Below, in pieces: positions 9,711-19,666 of a DNA stretch of 64,000 bases. Source of the stretch: Candidatus Obscuribacteraceae bacterium (lineage in GTDB: Bacteria; Cyanobacteriota; Vampirovibrionia; Obscuribacterales; Obscuribacteraceae); NCBI GenBank assembly GCA_044226015.1, contig JBGAHS010000002.1:529571-593570 (forward strand), written 5' to 3'. Numbering within the stretch: the first letter of the stretch is position 1; the number at the start of each line of letters is the position of its first letter. The translations under genes and the position numbers were made by a program. The notes below the pieces were generated by a model, which did no database searches, was not told where the DNA came from, and saw only the letters and a program-made list of their open reading frames with translations.

Positions 9711-11165
9711 CTAGAACTGGAAGTAGATAAACGGTGCACTTGTGTCAGGAAGGAAAGTTATTATTGCTACGATTAGGGCTGTGCAAAAAACTGCCTTTAA
9801 CGGTGCCGGCGAATTTTTGAACCAACCACGCTCAGACGCGTAGCTAACGGGTAGATTTGAAATCAACAAACCCACCACCATCAGTAATACCACCGGAACA
9901 AGCACTGGCAGTTCTGGTTTCAATATCAAGAAGCTATGATTTTCAGCCCGGGTATAAATTGGACTCATGAACAGCATGCGCTTAACCATGAAAAATGCCT
10001 GCCCCACGTCTTGAACGCGGAAGAACACCCAGCCGATGACAGCAGCATGGAAAGTCAAGAATATTGAAAGTAAGGTTCCGATTTTAGAATCTACGAAAGC
10101 AGCCAGCTTCGGTTGTTTTGCTTTGAAGGCAGTGAACTCGCGGTGCACAATGAGTGCCAACCCATGAAACATACCCCAGACCATAAAGCTCCAGGACGCA
10201 CCATGCCAGAGTCCGCCAATAGCCATGGTCAAAAACAAATTGCGGTGAGTCATCATTCTGCCATTACGCGAGCCACCCAACGGAATAAACAGGTAATCTC
10301 TCAGCCAGGTTGAGAGCGAAATATGCCAGCGATGCCAGAAATCAGACATATTCTTAGCAAAATAAGGCATGTTGAAATTGATCGGAATATGGTAGCCAAA
10401 CAACATGGCAGAACCACGACCAATATCCGTATAACCCGAGAAATCAAAGTAGATTTGGAAGGCAAAAGCGTACATGAAAAGCCAGAGTTCAGGCGCACCG
10501 TAGACTCGTGGATCCTTCAAGCCCATATCAACGAGAACAGCAAGATTGTCTGCAAGCAAAAGTTTCTTGGCCATACCAAGGATTATGAGAGGCACGCCCT
10601 CATCGAAGTTACTGAGCTTGAGTTCAGTGTGCTCAAGCATCTGCTTCTCAAAATCCTTGTACCTTTTGATGGGTCCCGCGATCTGTGTTGGGAAGAATGC
10701 AGCAAACAAGGCAAACAACACAAATGACTTTATTGGGGTTCCACCTCTGTAGATTTCAAACAGATAGTGAATGAATTCAAACGCAAAAAACGATATCCCC
10801 AGTGGAAGAATAATGTCCGCATGCCAGGTCGGTGCATGGTGCGTCACCAATCCCACAGCGCCAGCAGCAGTGGAGAGCAACATGTTGGTGTACTTGAAAA
10901 ATCCGAGACAGAGCAAATTCGCGGTAAGACCAATTCCAAAAATTGATTTCTTTTTCTCGGCGGAAGACTTGAAGAGCAGGCTACCCCAGAAGAAATTGAA
11001 TACAGTCATGCCCAATATCAACAAGATAAAGGCTGGCATGAAGCTCATGTAGAAGTAGTAACTGCATACTAGAAGCAAAGGCAAGCGCCAACTGCGTGGG
11101 CAAATCCAGTAGAGCGCAACCACGAGCGGCAAGAAAACGATGTACTGCAGGCTTGTGAATAACAT
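9711..11165 (-). CDS. MBOAT O-acyltransferase (AlgI/PatA/DltB family)
   Basis: LPLGISFF, FFPTQIAGPI, QIYFDFSGYTD, FWHRWHISLS, GLWHGA, terminal FIYFQF. Confidence 0.93.
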   Translation of the reverse strand: MLFTSLQYIVFLPLVVALYWICPRSWRLPLLLVCSYYFYMSFMPAFILLILGMTVFNFFWGSLLFKSSAEKKKSIFGIGLTANLLCLGFFKYTNMLLSTAAGAVGLVTHHAPTWHADIILPLGISFFAFEFIHYLFEIYRGGTPIKSFVLFALFAAFFPTQIAGPIKRYKDFEKQMLEHTELKLSNFDEGVPLIILGMAKKLLLADNLAVLVDMGLKDPRVYGAPELWLFMYAFAFQIYFDFSGYTDIGRGSAMLFGYHIPINFNMPYFAKNMSDFWHRWHISLSTWLRDYLFIPLGGSRNGRMMTHRNLFLTMAIGGLWHGASWSFMVWGMFHGLALIVHREFTAFKAKQPKLAAFVDSKIGTLLSIFLTFHAAVIGWVFFRVQDVGQAFFMVKRMLFMSPIYTRAENHSFLILKPELPVLVPVVLLMVVGLLISNLPVSYASERGWFKNSPAPLKAVFCTALIVAIITFLPDTSAPFIYFQF

Positions 11166-11320
11166 CTTTGCCCAAGACCTCTAAGAGTTCAAAATCCTAC
11201 CATGACAAGTCGGCATACGCTTTGGAGATACTTTATCTCCGGGCTCAGGGGCAACTTGGAGCAAAGCTAAAAGTTCAAAACTTCCGCCACTCCTTTGCAA
11301 GGGCGCCACCCACAGAAGTC

Positions 11321-14023
11321 CTAAAAAACTTTAATGGAGTGCCCTGCAAATTGCGGTTTGTTAACTCCTTCGACTCTTATGTCCAGATCATGAATTACAC
11401 AATCCGACCCGGCAGCTTTCTGAAGCTCGATGCGCAACATAGTCTTGCCTTTGACGGTCTGCAATGGAATCTCAGACTTCAACTTGAAAGTCCGCCCGTC
11501 AGCACCGGTTTTGAACATCTGTGGAGTGCCAGGCAGTATACTGGCGATCAATCTTTCTCCCTTATCTAGTACTCCCGCTACAGCAAAATCTGAACTTCCC
11601 AGCGAGCTTGCATTACCTGACACAGTGACGCCTAGATGTGAGCCACGCAAAACAGCGGGATCAACCTCAACTGAAAATTGAGCTCGTGCCGCCTCGCCGC
11701 TACCTAGCGCTACAGAATCCACATGCTTCACCAGCGGCGCAGGTTCATCGGTTTCAGCCAGGTTAGAAAGCGACGGATGAGCATAACCTAGCAGGAGGAA
11801 GATTCGATACTCACCATTTTGAAGCCCTGCTGCTAAAGACAGATCTTTTTCATTCACCTTGCCGTTATGCGTAAATTTGCAGATAGATGAAACTGGAACG
11901 GAATAGCAGGCTTGCATTATTCGAGAATCAAAAGCATCCTCAGAATCGTTGAAGAACTTACCCGGACTGACTTCATTTGCTGATGGCAAGACACGACGCC
12001 CTCCACTCAAGCGATGAAGGTAATCACCATATACGGTGACAGCACCAGCCGGCGGTGCAAGCACAGACAAATCATTAGAGCCTGTTTTTATGAGATCAAC
12101 TGGTACGGGTACAGCTCTCCATCTTCTAATAAAAGTTGGTGCTTCACGAATCAACGAGGCAAACTGATTCAGCCAATCTTCAAGTTCGTACTTTGAACTA
12201 TCGAACTGATAAAGAGAAACAGGAGATTCCAACTCTTGTCCATTGACTAACAATTTCGCCTCTGGCAAATGCTGATCACCATCAATCATCAGCAATGCCC
12301 ACGAGGGCTTATTCTTATCCACATCGACCGACACGATGCGACTTATAGCGTCAGCATTTTTCAACGTCGACTTCCATGTCAAAGCTTCTCTATTGGATAC
12401 AGCAAACGCAAAGCTAATGGCATAAGAAAGCGTGATACAAACGAGTAGAGCAGCCTTAAAAACAACACTCGGAGCTTGCGCATAAAGAATGCGAAACATC
12501 TTTAGCAAAAGAAGCAAGCCCACACTAAACAACGACGCCTTTAGAACTGCTAGAGCAGAAATAGACACAAAAGCATTCTTGAAGATTGCCTGTGCATATG
12601 GTGTCAGATCGAATTTGGAAACAAAAAGCAGCAAGAGAAGGGTCAAAAAATAGGAGACCTGAATAACCCGGCTTGCCACCTTTTCACTTGCTGCGGCCTT
12701 CGAATTTAGCTCAAATAAGTTTTTCAAAAAACAAACAGCAGCCACAATCAGGCAGGGCAAGGCGGTGAAACCGTACCGTGAAATTCCCTCAAAAGGTAGA
12801 TAGATCAAATGCCCGAGGACATACAAAGGGATGGAAACAGCAACGACTTTCTCTTGCAGAGTCCATTTGGAATTCTTGCGAAACAACTCAGCTATGAAAA
12901 GCAAAAGACCACTGAGTCCAAGCAAAACAAGAAGGAGATGGAAGATGGCTTGTGTTCGATAATTCAATCCAAGAATTTTGTATCGATAGTCGTTCCAAGG
13001 CAAGTTCCAAAGCCGAGTAATTTTCCGCAAGCTAAGATTGGCGATTTCTGCAGAGTTTTGCTCAATCAACGCCAATAAAACAGGCAGCGGAGCCTCATTA
13101 TCGTCATACATCAGCGCAACAGGGTGCGTAGGGTAACAGCCCCAACCATCACCTTCGATATTCAGCCCCGTGCAAATGTTATAAACGGGACGACGAGAAG
13201 GCATTAGATTCAAGGTTCCACGTGCCGCATAGGTAAAGGATAGCCACGGCAAAACAACTAACAATCCACCAAGCACAGCCAGCAATACGCGAGCGAACCC
13301 AGCACGAGCGAAAGAGAAGCTGAGGCGCGAATCCTCAGCTGAATCAGCCGCATCATTTATTGAAGTATCAAGACCACGTGCCTTCACAAACGCCGCGACT
13401 GTTGCCACTATAGAAATAATGCCAATAGCAGGGGCAAAAGCAGGCTTCAATAAAAGGAATAACGCAAGACTCATACCAGCAAGCAAACAGCGCAAATAGC
13501 TCAAGCCACCTGGTTCTTTTCTAGCGAGCTCGGACACAAAGAAGATTGAGGAAAGCGAAAGTAAGCAAGCCAACGGCTCAGTAAGATAAGAATTGCAGGA
13601 AGCTATTGCTGCTGGATAAAGCATCCACAAAGTACTGCCCAATAGCGACCAGAGCTTGCTCTGGCAAAGGCGCAAGGAAAGCAAATAAACAAGAACGCAA
13701 GAGGCGGCATGAAAAACGCATTGCATGATCACAATTGCCTGCCAACCACCCTCATTAGGTGCTTGATTCAAGAGCGCAAAGAGCAGAACTCCAGCACCCG
13801 GCAGTACAGGACCATCGAGCATAAGGTAGAAAGCAAGAGCATCTAGCGCCTGAGGCGTAATACCGTGAGCGAAGGCTGCTCGAATGGTTTCATACATTCG
13901 CTTTGCAGTTTCAAGGTAATGCGCTGCATCAAAATACAGAGTTGTTCGCGGAAGAACAGACGACGGATTTTGAAGTATGAAAACAAATAAGCTAAGCAGA
14001 AAAATTGCGATTAGAATCGGCAA
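11321..14023 (-). CDS. Multi-pass GT-C (ArnT/PMT-like) glycosyltransferase with large C-terminal extracytoplasmic region
   Basis: LYFDAAHY acidic first loop, LTEPLA, many TM helices; starts 3 bp after rmlC stop. Confidence 0.65.
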   Translation of the reverse strand: MPILIAIFLLSLFVFILQNPSSVLPRTTLYFDAAHYLETAKRMYETIRAAFAHGITPQALDALAFYLMLDGPVLPGAGVLLFALLNQAPNEGGWQAIVIMQCVFHAASCVLVYLLSLRLCQSKLWSLLGSTLWMLYPAAIASCNSYLTEPLACLLSLSSIFFVSELARKEPGGLSYLRCLLAGMSLALFLLLKPAFAPAIGIISIVATVAAFVKARGLDTSINDAADSAEDSRLSFSFARAGFARVLLAVLGGLLVVLPWLSFTYAARGTLNLMPSRRPVYNICTGLNIEGDGWGCYPTHPVALMYDDNEAPLPVLLALIEQNSAEIANLSLRKITRLWNLPWNDYRYKILGLNYRTQAIFHLLLVLLGLSGLLLFIAELFRKNSKWTLQEKVVAVSIPLYVLGHLIYLPFEGISRYGFTALPCLIVAAVCFLKNLFELNSKAAASEKVASRVIQVSYFLTLLLLLFVSKFDLTPYAQAIFKNAFVSISALAVLKASLFSVGLLLLLKMFRILYAQAPSVVFKAALLVCITLSYAISFAFAVSNREALTWKSTLKNADAISRIVSVDVDKNKPSWALLMIDGDQHLPEAKLLVNGQELESPVSLYQFDSSKYELEDWLNQFASLIREAPTFIRRWRAVPVPVDLIKTGSNDLSVLAPPAGAVTVYGDYLHRLSGGRRVLPSANEVSPGKFFNDSEDAFDSRIMQACYSVPVSSICKFTHNGKVNEKDLSLAAGLQNGEYRIFLLLGYAHPSLSNLAETDEPAPLVKHVDSVALGSGEAARAQFSVEVDPAVLRGSHLGVTVSGNASSLGSSDFAVAGVLDKGERLIASILPGTPQMFKTGADGRTFKLKSEIPLQTVKGKTMLRIELQKAAGSDCVIHDLDIRVEGVNKPQFAGHSIKVF

Positions 14024-14026
14024 GGT

Positions 14027-14590
14027 TTAGCCTTTTTTGATATCCCAAAAATCATCGCCTAGAACGTTCCAGGGCAACCTGCGCTCATCTGGGTCTTTTG
14101 CATCAAATTGCTGATTTACGAAGTAAATCATATTTGCTGTCTGATTCCATGGGTTAGCCAGACCATGAGCCACTCCACGGGGCAAATAGAGTATTTGGGC
14201 GCGGCCTGCGCCCATAACAAACCGCATCGTTTGTTTGTACGTCGGTGAATTTTCGCGAGCATCGAAAAGTCCTATCAACATACGATCATAAGGCATGATG
14301 AACCAAACATCTTCTTGATTAAAGTGCAAGTGGAATGCTTTGATTGTGCCGGGCAACATCTGCGACCAGGTAGACTGACGCACTTTGAATTCAGGTAACA
14401 CAAGCAAATTACCGTTTTCGTCAAGACGAATAATTTCTGCCAGCGCGCCACCATCGTCAACAAAAGAGTTAAGAGTAATTAGCTGCACACCTTCGATGAG
14501 GGTCTTCTTGCCATAGTCTTGAACTGAAATCTCAGACCTGAATTCCTTTCCGATTGCATCTTTGTCGATCGGTTTAAGCATGGTGGTCAT
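14027..14590 (-). CDS. rfbC: dTDP-4-dehydrorhamnose 3,5-epimerase family (cupin)
   Basis: DDGG, IKAFHLH, LYLPRGVAHG; rml operon context. Confidence 0.85.
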   Translation of the reverse strand: MTTMLKPIDKDAIGKEFRSEISVQDYGKKTLIEGVQLITLNSFVDDGGALAEIIRLDENGNLLVLPEFKVRQSTWSQMLPGTIKAFHLHFNQEDVWFIMPYDRMLIGLFDARENSPTYKQTMRFVMGAGRAQILYLPRGVAHGLANPWNQTANMIYFVNQQFDAKDPDERRLPWNVLGDDFWDIKKG

Positions 14591-14625
14591 TTGATCTCCT
14601 TAGTAGTTGTTGTGTATTGCAGCAA

Positions 14626-15477
14626 TTAAACAGCCTGTGTTGCCATCTTGAGCTTGAGGTACTTAGCAAGCGAATCTTTCCACGGCACCATATCGCGACC
14701 AATCGTCAGCTCAAGAGTCTTGTTATCCAGAACTGAGTATTTTGGACGGGTTGCCGGCCGAGGCATCTGCTTTGTTTCAATCGGCTCAACTTGCGCCTTG
14801 AATTCAGCAACGATTTCTTTTGCAAACTCATACCAATTGGTTTCACCACCATCGGTGGCATGATAAACACCCCAACGCTTAGTCGCAATCAAATCTGCGA
14901 TATATTCAGACAGCGTGAGAGTGCATGTAGGTGATCCAAACTGGTCGGAAACGACACGCAGTGGTTTGCCATCCATAGCCATTTGCGAAATCGTATCGAC
15001 AAAATTGCGACCATGAGGTCCGTACAACCAACTTGTTCTAACGATGTAGAACTTGTTGAGGTGACTGCGAACCGCTTTTTCACCAGCAAGTTTTGATTTG
15101 CCATAAACAGAGAGCGGACCTGTAGGATCCCACGGTTGATACGCGCGATTATTATTGCCACTGAATACATAGTCTGTGCTTACGTAGAGCATTGGAATGT
15201 CCATATGGCTGCAGGCTACAGCAATATTCTCAGAGCCATAACCATTAACCAGATAAGCCAGTTCGGGCTCAGATTCAGCCTGATCAACCTTTGTATAAGC
15301 TGCAGCGTGAATTACAATTTCTGGTGACTCGGCAGTTATAGTGTCGCGAACTTGCTTGTAGTTGGTTACATCGAGCTTCTCTTTTGGATATGCCAGGACC
15401 TGATGATCTCGCTTTTCCAGGCAAGTAGTGAGTGCTTTTCCAAGCATGCCACCACTACCAGTGATCAATATCTTCAT
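14626..15477 (-). CDS. rfbD: dTDP-4-dehydrorhamnose reductase
   Basis: ITGSGGMLG, AAYTKVD, STDYVF, YGKSK, DQFGSPT; start ATG 15477. Confidence 0.94.
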   Translation of the reverse strand: MKILITGSGGMLGKALTTCLEKRDHQVLAYPKEKLDVTNYKQVRDTITAESPEIVIHAAAYTKVDQAESEPELAYLVNGYGSENIAVACSHMDIPMLYVSTDYVFSGNNNRAYQPWDPTGPLSVYGKSKLAGEKAVRSHLNKFYIVRTSWLYGPHGRNFVDTISQMAMDGKPLRVVSDQFGSPTCTLTLSEYIADLIATKRWGVYHATDGGETNWYEFAKEIVAEFKAQVEPIETKQMPRPATRPKYSVLDNKTLELTIGRDMVPWKDSLAKYLKLKMATQAV

Positions 15478-15534
15478 GTCTTCGAGTCTCCCACCTTTTT
15501 CGTCGACGCTAACTAACATTTACTGGATTAGTAC

Positions 15535-15563
15535 AGGGGCAACGCTTGTGCGTCGCCCCTTTT
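15535..15563. terminator. GC-rich intergenic stem-loop between rfbB and rfbD
   Basis: aggggcaacgc-ttgt-gcgtcgcccct followed by ttt on + strand. Confidence 0.55.
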
Positions 15564-15569
15564 GAGTAC

Positions 15570-16604
15570 TTATGCCTTTTTCGTGGTTGCCAGATCTTTG
15601 GTATGGCTGTGATTGCTTACCGCTTCAAGCCATTCCCGATTATCCAGATACCATTTGATTGTCTGATGAATACCAGTCTCGAACGTGTGGTTCGGCTTCC
15701 AACCTAGCTCTTTACGAATCTTGGTCGAGTCGATCGCATAACGACGGTCGTGACCAAGTCTATCTTCAACATACTTGATCAGGTTTTCGCCTTTACCCAG
15801 TTCTTTCAACATCAGTTTGGTGATTTCGATATTGGTGCGCTCGTTGTTGCCACCAACGTTATAAACTTCGCCCGGCACACCCTTTGTAAATGCCAGCCAG
15901 ATAGCCTGACAGTGGTCTTCTACATGCAACCAGTCACGAACATTCATGCCGTCACCGTAAACTGGCACTTGCTTGTCGGCAAGAATGTTCATGATGAATA
16001 GCGGAATGAGTTTTTCAGGATGCTGATAAGGACCATAGTTGTTTGAACAACGTGTGATCATCACAGGCATGCTGTAAGTGTGGAAGTATGCACGGCAGAG
16101 GAAATCTGCGCCAGCTTTGCTGGATGAATATGGGCTGTTTGGTGCCAGCGGGGTTTCTTCGGTGAAGTAACCTGTTGGTCCGAGCGATCCATAAACTTCA
16201 TCTGTCGAAACTTGGACATAGCGGATTGTCCACTTGTCGCCTTGCTTTCCATGCACGAATGCTGATTCAAGCAAGGTTTGTGTTCCCAACACATTGCTAT
16301 GAACAAACACTGATGGGTCAGCGATTGATCTATCAACGTGTGTTTCAGCAGCGGCGTTTATGATGCCATCAATTTTGCCGAACTTCTGTCCAGAAACGAT
16401 AGACTCAACGAGTTCCTTATCTTCAATGCGTCCCTTGACGAAGGTGTAACGCGGATCTTTTTCGATATCAGAGAGATTTTCGAAGTGACCAGCATATGTG
16501 ACTGCATCCAGATTGATGATTTTAGTATCTGGGCTGTGTTTGAGAATGTACTTCACCAGATTACTTCCGATGAAACCCAAACCACCTGTAATAAGAACTT
16601 GCAT
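15570..16604 (-). CDS. rfbB: dTDP-glucose 4,6-dehydratase
   Basis: ITGGLGFIGS, AAETHVDRSI, STDEVYG, YSSSK, GHDRRYA; start ATG 16604 with GAGG RBS. Confidence 0.96.
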   Translation of the reverse strand: MQVLITGGLGFIGSNLVKYILKHSPDTKIINLDAVTYAGHFENLSDIEKDPRYTFVKGRIEDKELVESIVSGQKFGKIDGIINAAAETHVDRSIADPSVFVHSNVLGTQTLLESAFVHGKQGDKWTIRYVQVSTDEVYGSLGPTGYFTEETPLAPNSPYSSSKAGADFLCRAYFHTYSMPVMITRCSNNYGPYQHPEKLIPLFIMNILADKQVPVYGDGMNVRDWLHVEDHCQAIWLAFTKGVPGEVYNVGGNNERTNIEITKLMLKELGKGENLIKYVEDRLGHDRRYAIDSTKIRKELGWKPNHTFETGIHQTIKWYLDNREWLEAVSNHSHTKDLATTKKA

Positions 16605-16633
16605 TGTTTGTCCCTCGTATTGCAATGTGTGGT

Positions 16634-17707
16634 CTAAACCACATCTACCTTACTATCGTCGCCTAACATGAATTTGTATGCGACTGGTTTTGCGTGACTG
16701 CGTACCAATTCAACATTGACACCAATCAAGCTGTCGACGATGCGACCATCAAAGTCTTTAATTCTGCAGTTTTCACGCAGAATGCTATGTTCAATTTCAA
16801 CGTTGCTCACATGAGCACCATCACCGATTGAAGTGAATGGGCCGATGTAAGTATTTTCGAGCACGCAATCACTTCCTATAACAGCAGGACCGCGCACCGT
16901 GCAATTTGTTAAACGTGAGCCTTCACCAACATGCACACGACCTGACACCACGCTTGAACCTTGAAGGTCACCGTTCATAACGAAGTCTTCCATCTCGTCG
17001 AGCACAACACGGTTAGCTTCGAGCATGTCGTCTTTCTTTCCAGTATCTAGCCACCAGCTGGTGAGCACGTGGCTATCAACGTGGAACTTCATATCGATAA
17101 GCTTTTGAATCGCATCGGTAATTTCCAACTCTCCTCGCTTAGAGGGCTTGATGTTATCGATTGCGGTATGAATGTGCTTGTTGAACAAGTAAATTCCTAC
17201 AAGCGCGAAATTTGACTTAGGTTCTTTCGGCTTCTCTTCTAAATTGATTATTCTGCCGTCCTTATCAAGGTTAGCAACACCAAAAGAGCTTGGGTTCGCC
17301 ACTTCTTTGAGGAGAATCAAGGAGTCAGCCTTGCATTGATTGAATCTCTCAACTAGCGGCTTCACACCGTCTTTAATCAGGTTATCTCCGAGGTACATAA
17401 CGAAGGTGTCGTCACCAAGAAACTTACCCGCGGTCTTCACAGCATGTGCAAGTCCTTTTGGCTCATCCTGCACGATGTATTCAATTCTTATGCCCCAGCG
17501 AGAGCCATCGCCCAGCGCTTCTTTCACATCGCCGCCGGTTTCCGGACTTATGATGATTCCTATTTCGTTTACACCAGCATCTTTAATCGCTTCAACGGCA
17601 TAAAACAAAATTGGTTTGTTTGCCACTGGTAGCAATTGCTTTGCAGCAGTGTGCGTGATTGGACGCATACGCGTCCCCTTGCCACCACTGAGAATCAATC
17701 CCTTCAT
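16634..17707 (-). CDS. rfbA: Glucose-1-phosphate thymidylyltransferase (long form with left-handed beta-helix tail)
   Basis: LSGGKGTRMRP, KQLLPVANKP, YLGDN, RGELEITDA, WLDTG. Confidence 0.93.
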   Translation of the reverse strand: MKGLILSGGKGTRMRPITHTAAKQLLPVANKPILFYAVEAIKDAGVNEIGIIISPETGGDVKEALGDGSRWGIRIEYIVQDEPKGLAHAVKTAGKFLGDDTFVMYLGDNLIKDGVKPLVERFNQCKADSLILLKEVANPSSFGVANLDKDGRIINLEEKPKEPKSNFALVGIYLFNKHIHTAIDNIKPSKRGELEITDAIQKLIDMKFHVDSHVLTSWWLDTGKKDDMLEANRVVLDEMEDFVMNGDLQGSSVVSGRVHVGEGSRLTNCTVRGPAVIGSDCVLENTYIGPFTSIGDGAHVSNVEIEHSILRENCRIKDFDGRIVDSLIGVNVELVRSHAKPVAYKFMLGDDSKVDVV

Positions 17708-17759
17708 TTCTGCTTCCTGTTCTAACCTTGTTTGTGTATTCGATCCGTCTTTGCTTCAG

Positions 17760-18398
17760 CTACTTCGCCCCTCGCCTGGTGAGCACAGTTTGAAATGTCA
17801 TAAAGATGATTTTCAAATCAAGAAAATAATTCCATTTTTCGCAATACCACTTGTCGTAAGTGACCTTTACGTCATCAGGAAGTTCATCTCTCCCATTCAC
17901 TTGAGCCCAACCAGTGAGACCCGGTAGAAACCGCAGCACTCCTGCCTCCTGACGCCGCTGCGTCAGATCAGTTTGATTATACAAGGCGGGTCTTGGACCC
18001 ACGATGGACATCTCATTCTTAATAACGTTGAATATTTGAGGCAGTTCATCAAGACTTGTTTTACGCAAAAAAGCACCGACCTTAGTAATCGGACTCGGCA
18101 TCTTTAACATCTGATCTGTCGGCAAATCTGGCGTTCCAGTGCGCATTGTCCGGAACTTATAAATGTTGAAAAACCGACCATTTTTTCCGACTCTTCGCTG
18201 CTGAAAAATGATGGGTCCAGGTGAGTCCAGCTTAATCGCTGCACATATTGCAAGCATTATTGGAGCAAAAACGACGGCCGAACCCAAACATAGCGCGAGA
18301 TCTGTGGCGCGCTTCATCGAATGCTGAAACGCCCCAGCAACGGGCATTTGCGCTTCTTTTTCCGGACTCACGATTGGTGTTTTTTGCATTTGTCTCAA
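17760..18398 (-). CDS. Priming phosphoglycosyltransferase (bacterial sugar transferase, PglC/WcaJ C-domain type)
   Basis: KFRTM, KTSLDELPQ, MSIVGPRP, GLTGWAQVNGR. Confidence 0.92.
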   Translation of the reverse strand: MRQMQKTPIVSPEKEAQMPVAGAFQHSMKRATDLALCLGSAVVFAPIMLAICAAIKLDSPGPIIFQQRRVGKNGRFFNIYKFRTMRTGTPDLPTDQMLKMPSPITKVGAFLRKTSLDELPQIFNVIKNEMSIVGPRPALYNQTDLTQRRQEAGVLRFLPGLTGWAQVNGRDELPDDVKVTYDKWYCEKWNYFLDLKIIFMTFQTVLTRRGAK

Positions 18399-18680
18399 AA
18401 CAGGAATTTAATGCTTATTTAGTGCGGATAAGGTCTCCTTGACAGCGGGCAGAATAGCATATATCAAAATTCCTTTCATTGAACGCATCTCCATTGACCC
18501 GCACAGCCTCGAATTCTCGCGATGATGGCATTCACAATCTACTCTTGACAGGGCGACCCAAGACAAAACGCCCACACAATCGCCACTTTACGCATGAATG
18601 ATTGAGCTTTCCTACTCTTTGTTAATGAAAGCCAAAGCAGTCAAGCATATGATGATCGAGTAAATATCAGCGGTGCGCGA

Positions 18681-19562
18681 ATGCGTCTTTCAGTAATTAC
18701 AGTTAGCTGGAATGTTTCGAAACTACTCGATGTTGCTTTAGAAACATTGAAAGCAGACCTTCAGGGCATTGAAGCAGAAGTGTTTGTAATCGATAACGCA
18801 TCGGCTGACGACTCAGCGGAAATGGTGCGAAGAAAGCATCCATGGGTCAGGCTGATTGCTAACGACGAGAATCTTGGCTTTGCCAAAGCCAACAACCAGG
18901 CAATGCGCATGGCAAAAGGTGATTTCATATTTCTCTTAAACCCTGACACAGAAGTTAGACCGGGTGCGATAGCAGAGTTGCTGAAGTTTCTGGAAGAACA
19001 TCCGAAAGCGGGCATCGTGGCTCCTCAACTCATCAATTCTGATGGAAGCATTCAGAGATCATGCCGCGCCTTCCCAACTTTTATAGCAATGCTCTATGAA
19101 TTGATGGGACTGAGCAAAATGTTTCCGAACGATCCACGCTTCGGGGCATATAAAATGCTCGACTTCGAACATGACGAAGTTCGCGAAGTAGACCAACCCG
19201 AAGGCGCAGCACTGCTTTTACGGCGCGAAGTTATTGACCAGGTGGGCATTCTTGATGAAGGCTTTTTCATGCTGTTTGAAGAAGTTGATTGGTGCTACCG
19301 CATCAAGCAAGCAGGATGGCAAATCTGGTTTGACCCAGCAGCAAAAATTGTTCATCACTATGGACAATCCATAAAACAGGTCAAAGCAAAAATGATTTTG
19401 TCCTCACATCGAGGATTGTATAGATTCTGGTCGAAACATTACGCAAAAGGGCGCTGGTATCTCAACTGGTTCGTCTACACAGGTCTGATGTGCCTGGCAT
19501 GGTTGAGAATAGCGAGCCACAAACTGCGGTCTATGAAACAAACGAAAGCAGCGCTGGCTTGA
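18681..19562 (+). CDS. GT2 glycosyltransferase, WbbL/rhamnosyltransferase-like
   Basis: DNASAD, NLGFAKANN, LLNPD, GILDEGFFMLFEEVDWC. Confidence 0.88.
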   Translation: MRLSVITVSWNVSKLLDVALETLKADLQGIEAEVFVIDNASADDSAEMVRRKHPWVRLIANDENLGFAKANNQAMRMAKGDFIFLLNPDTEVRPGAIAELLKFLEEHPKAGIVAPQLINSDGSIQRSCRAFPTFIAMLYELMGLSKMFPNDPRFGAYKMLDFEHDEVREVDQPEGAALLLRREVIDQVGILDEGFFMLFEEVDWCYRIKQAGWQIWFDPAAKIVHHYGQSIKQVKAKMILSSHRGLYRFWSKHYAKGRWYLNWFVYTGLMCLAWLRIASHKLRSMKQTKAALA

Positions 19563-19666
19563 GAGCTTTCCGAAATCAGGTTTTTAGTGGCATCCTAATT
19601 TTTGATAATAGTTGAATGCCCAGCCTGTGCTAATTTAGTCGTCTCTTGAAATGCACTTGAGAGCTT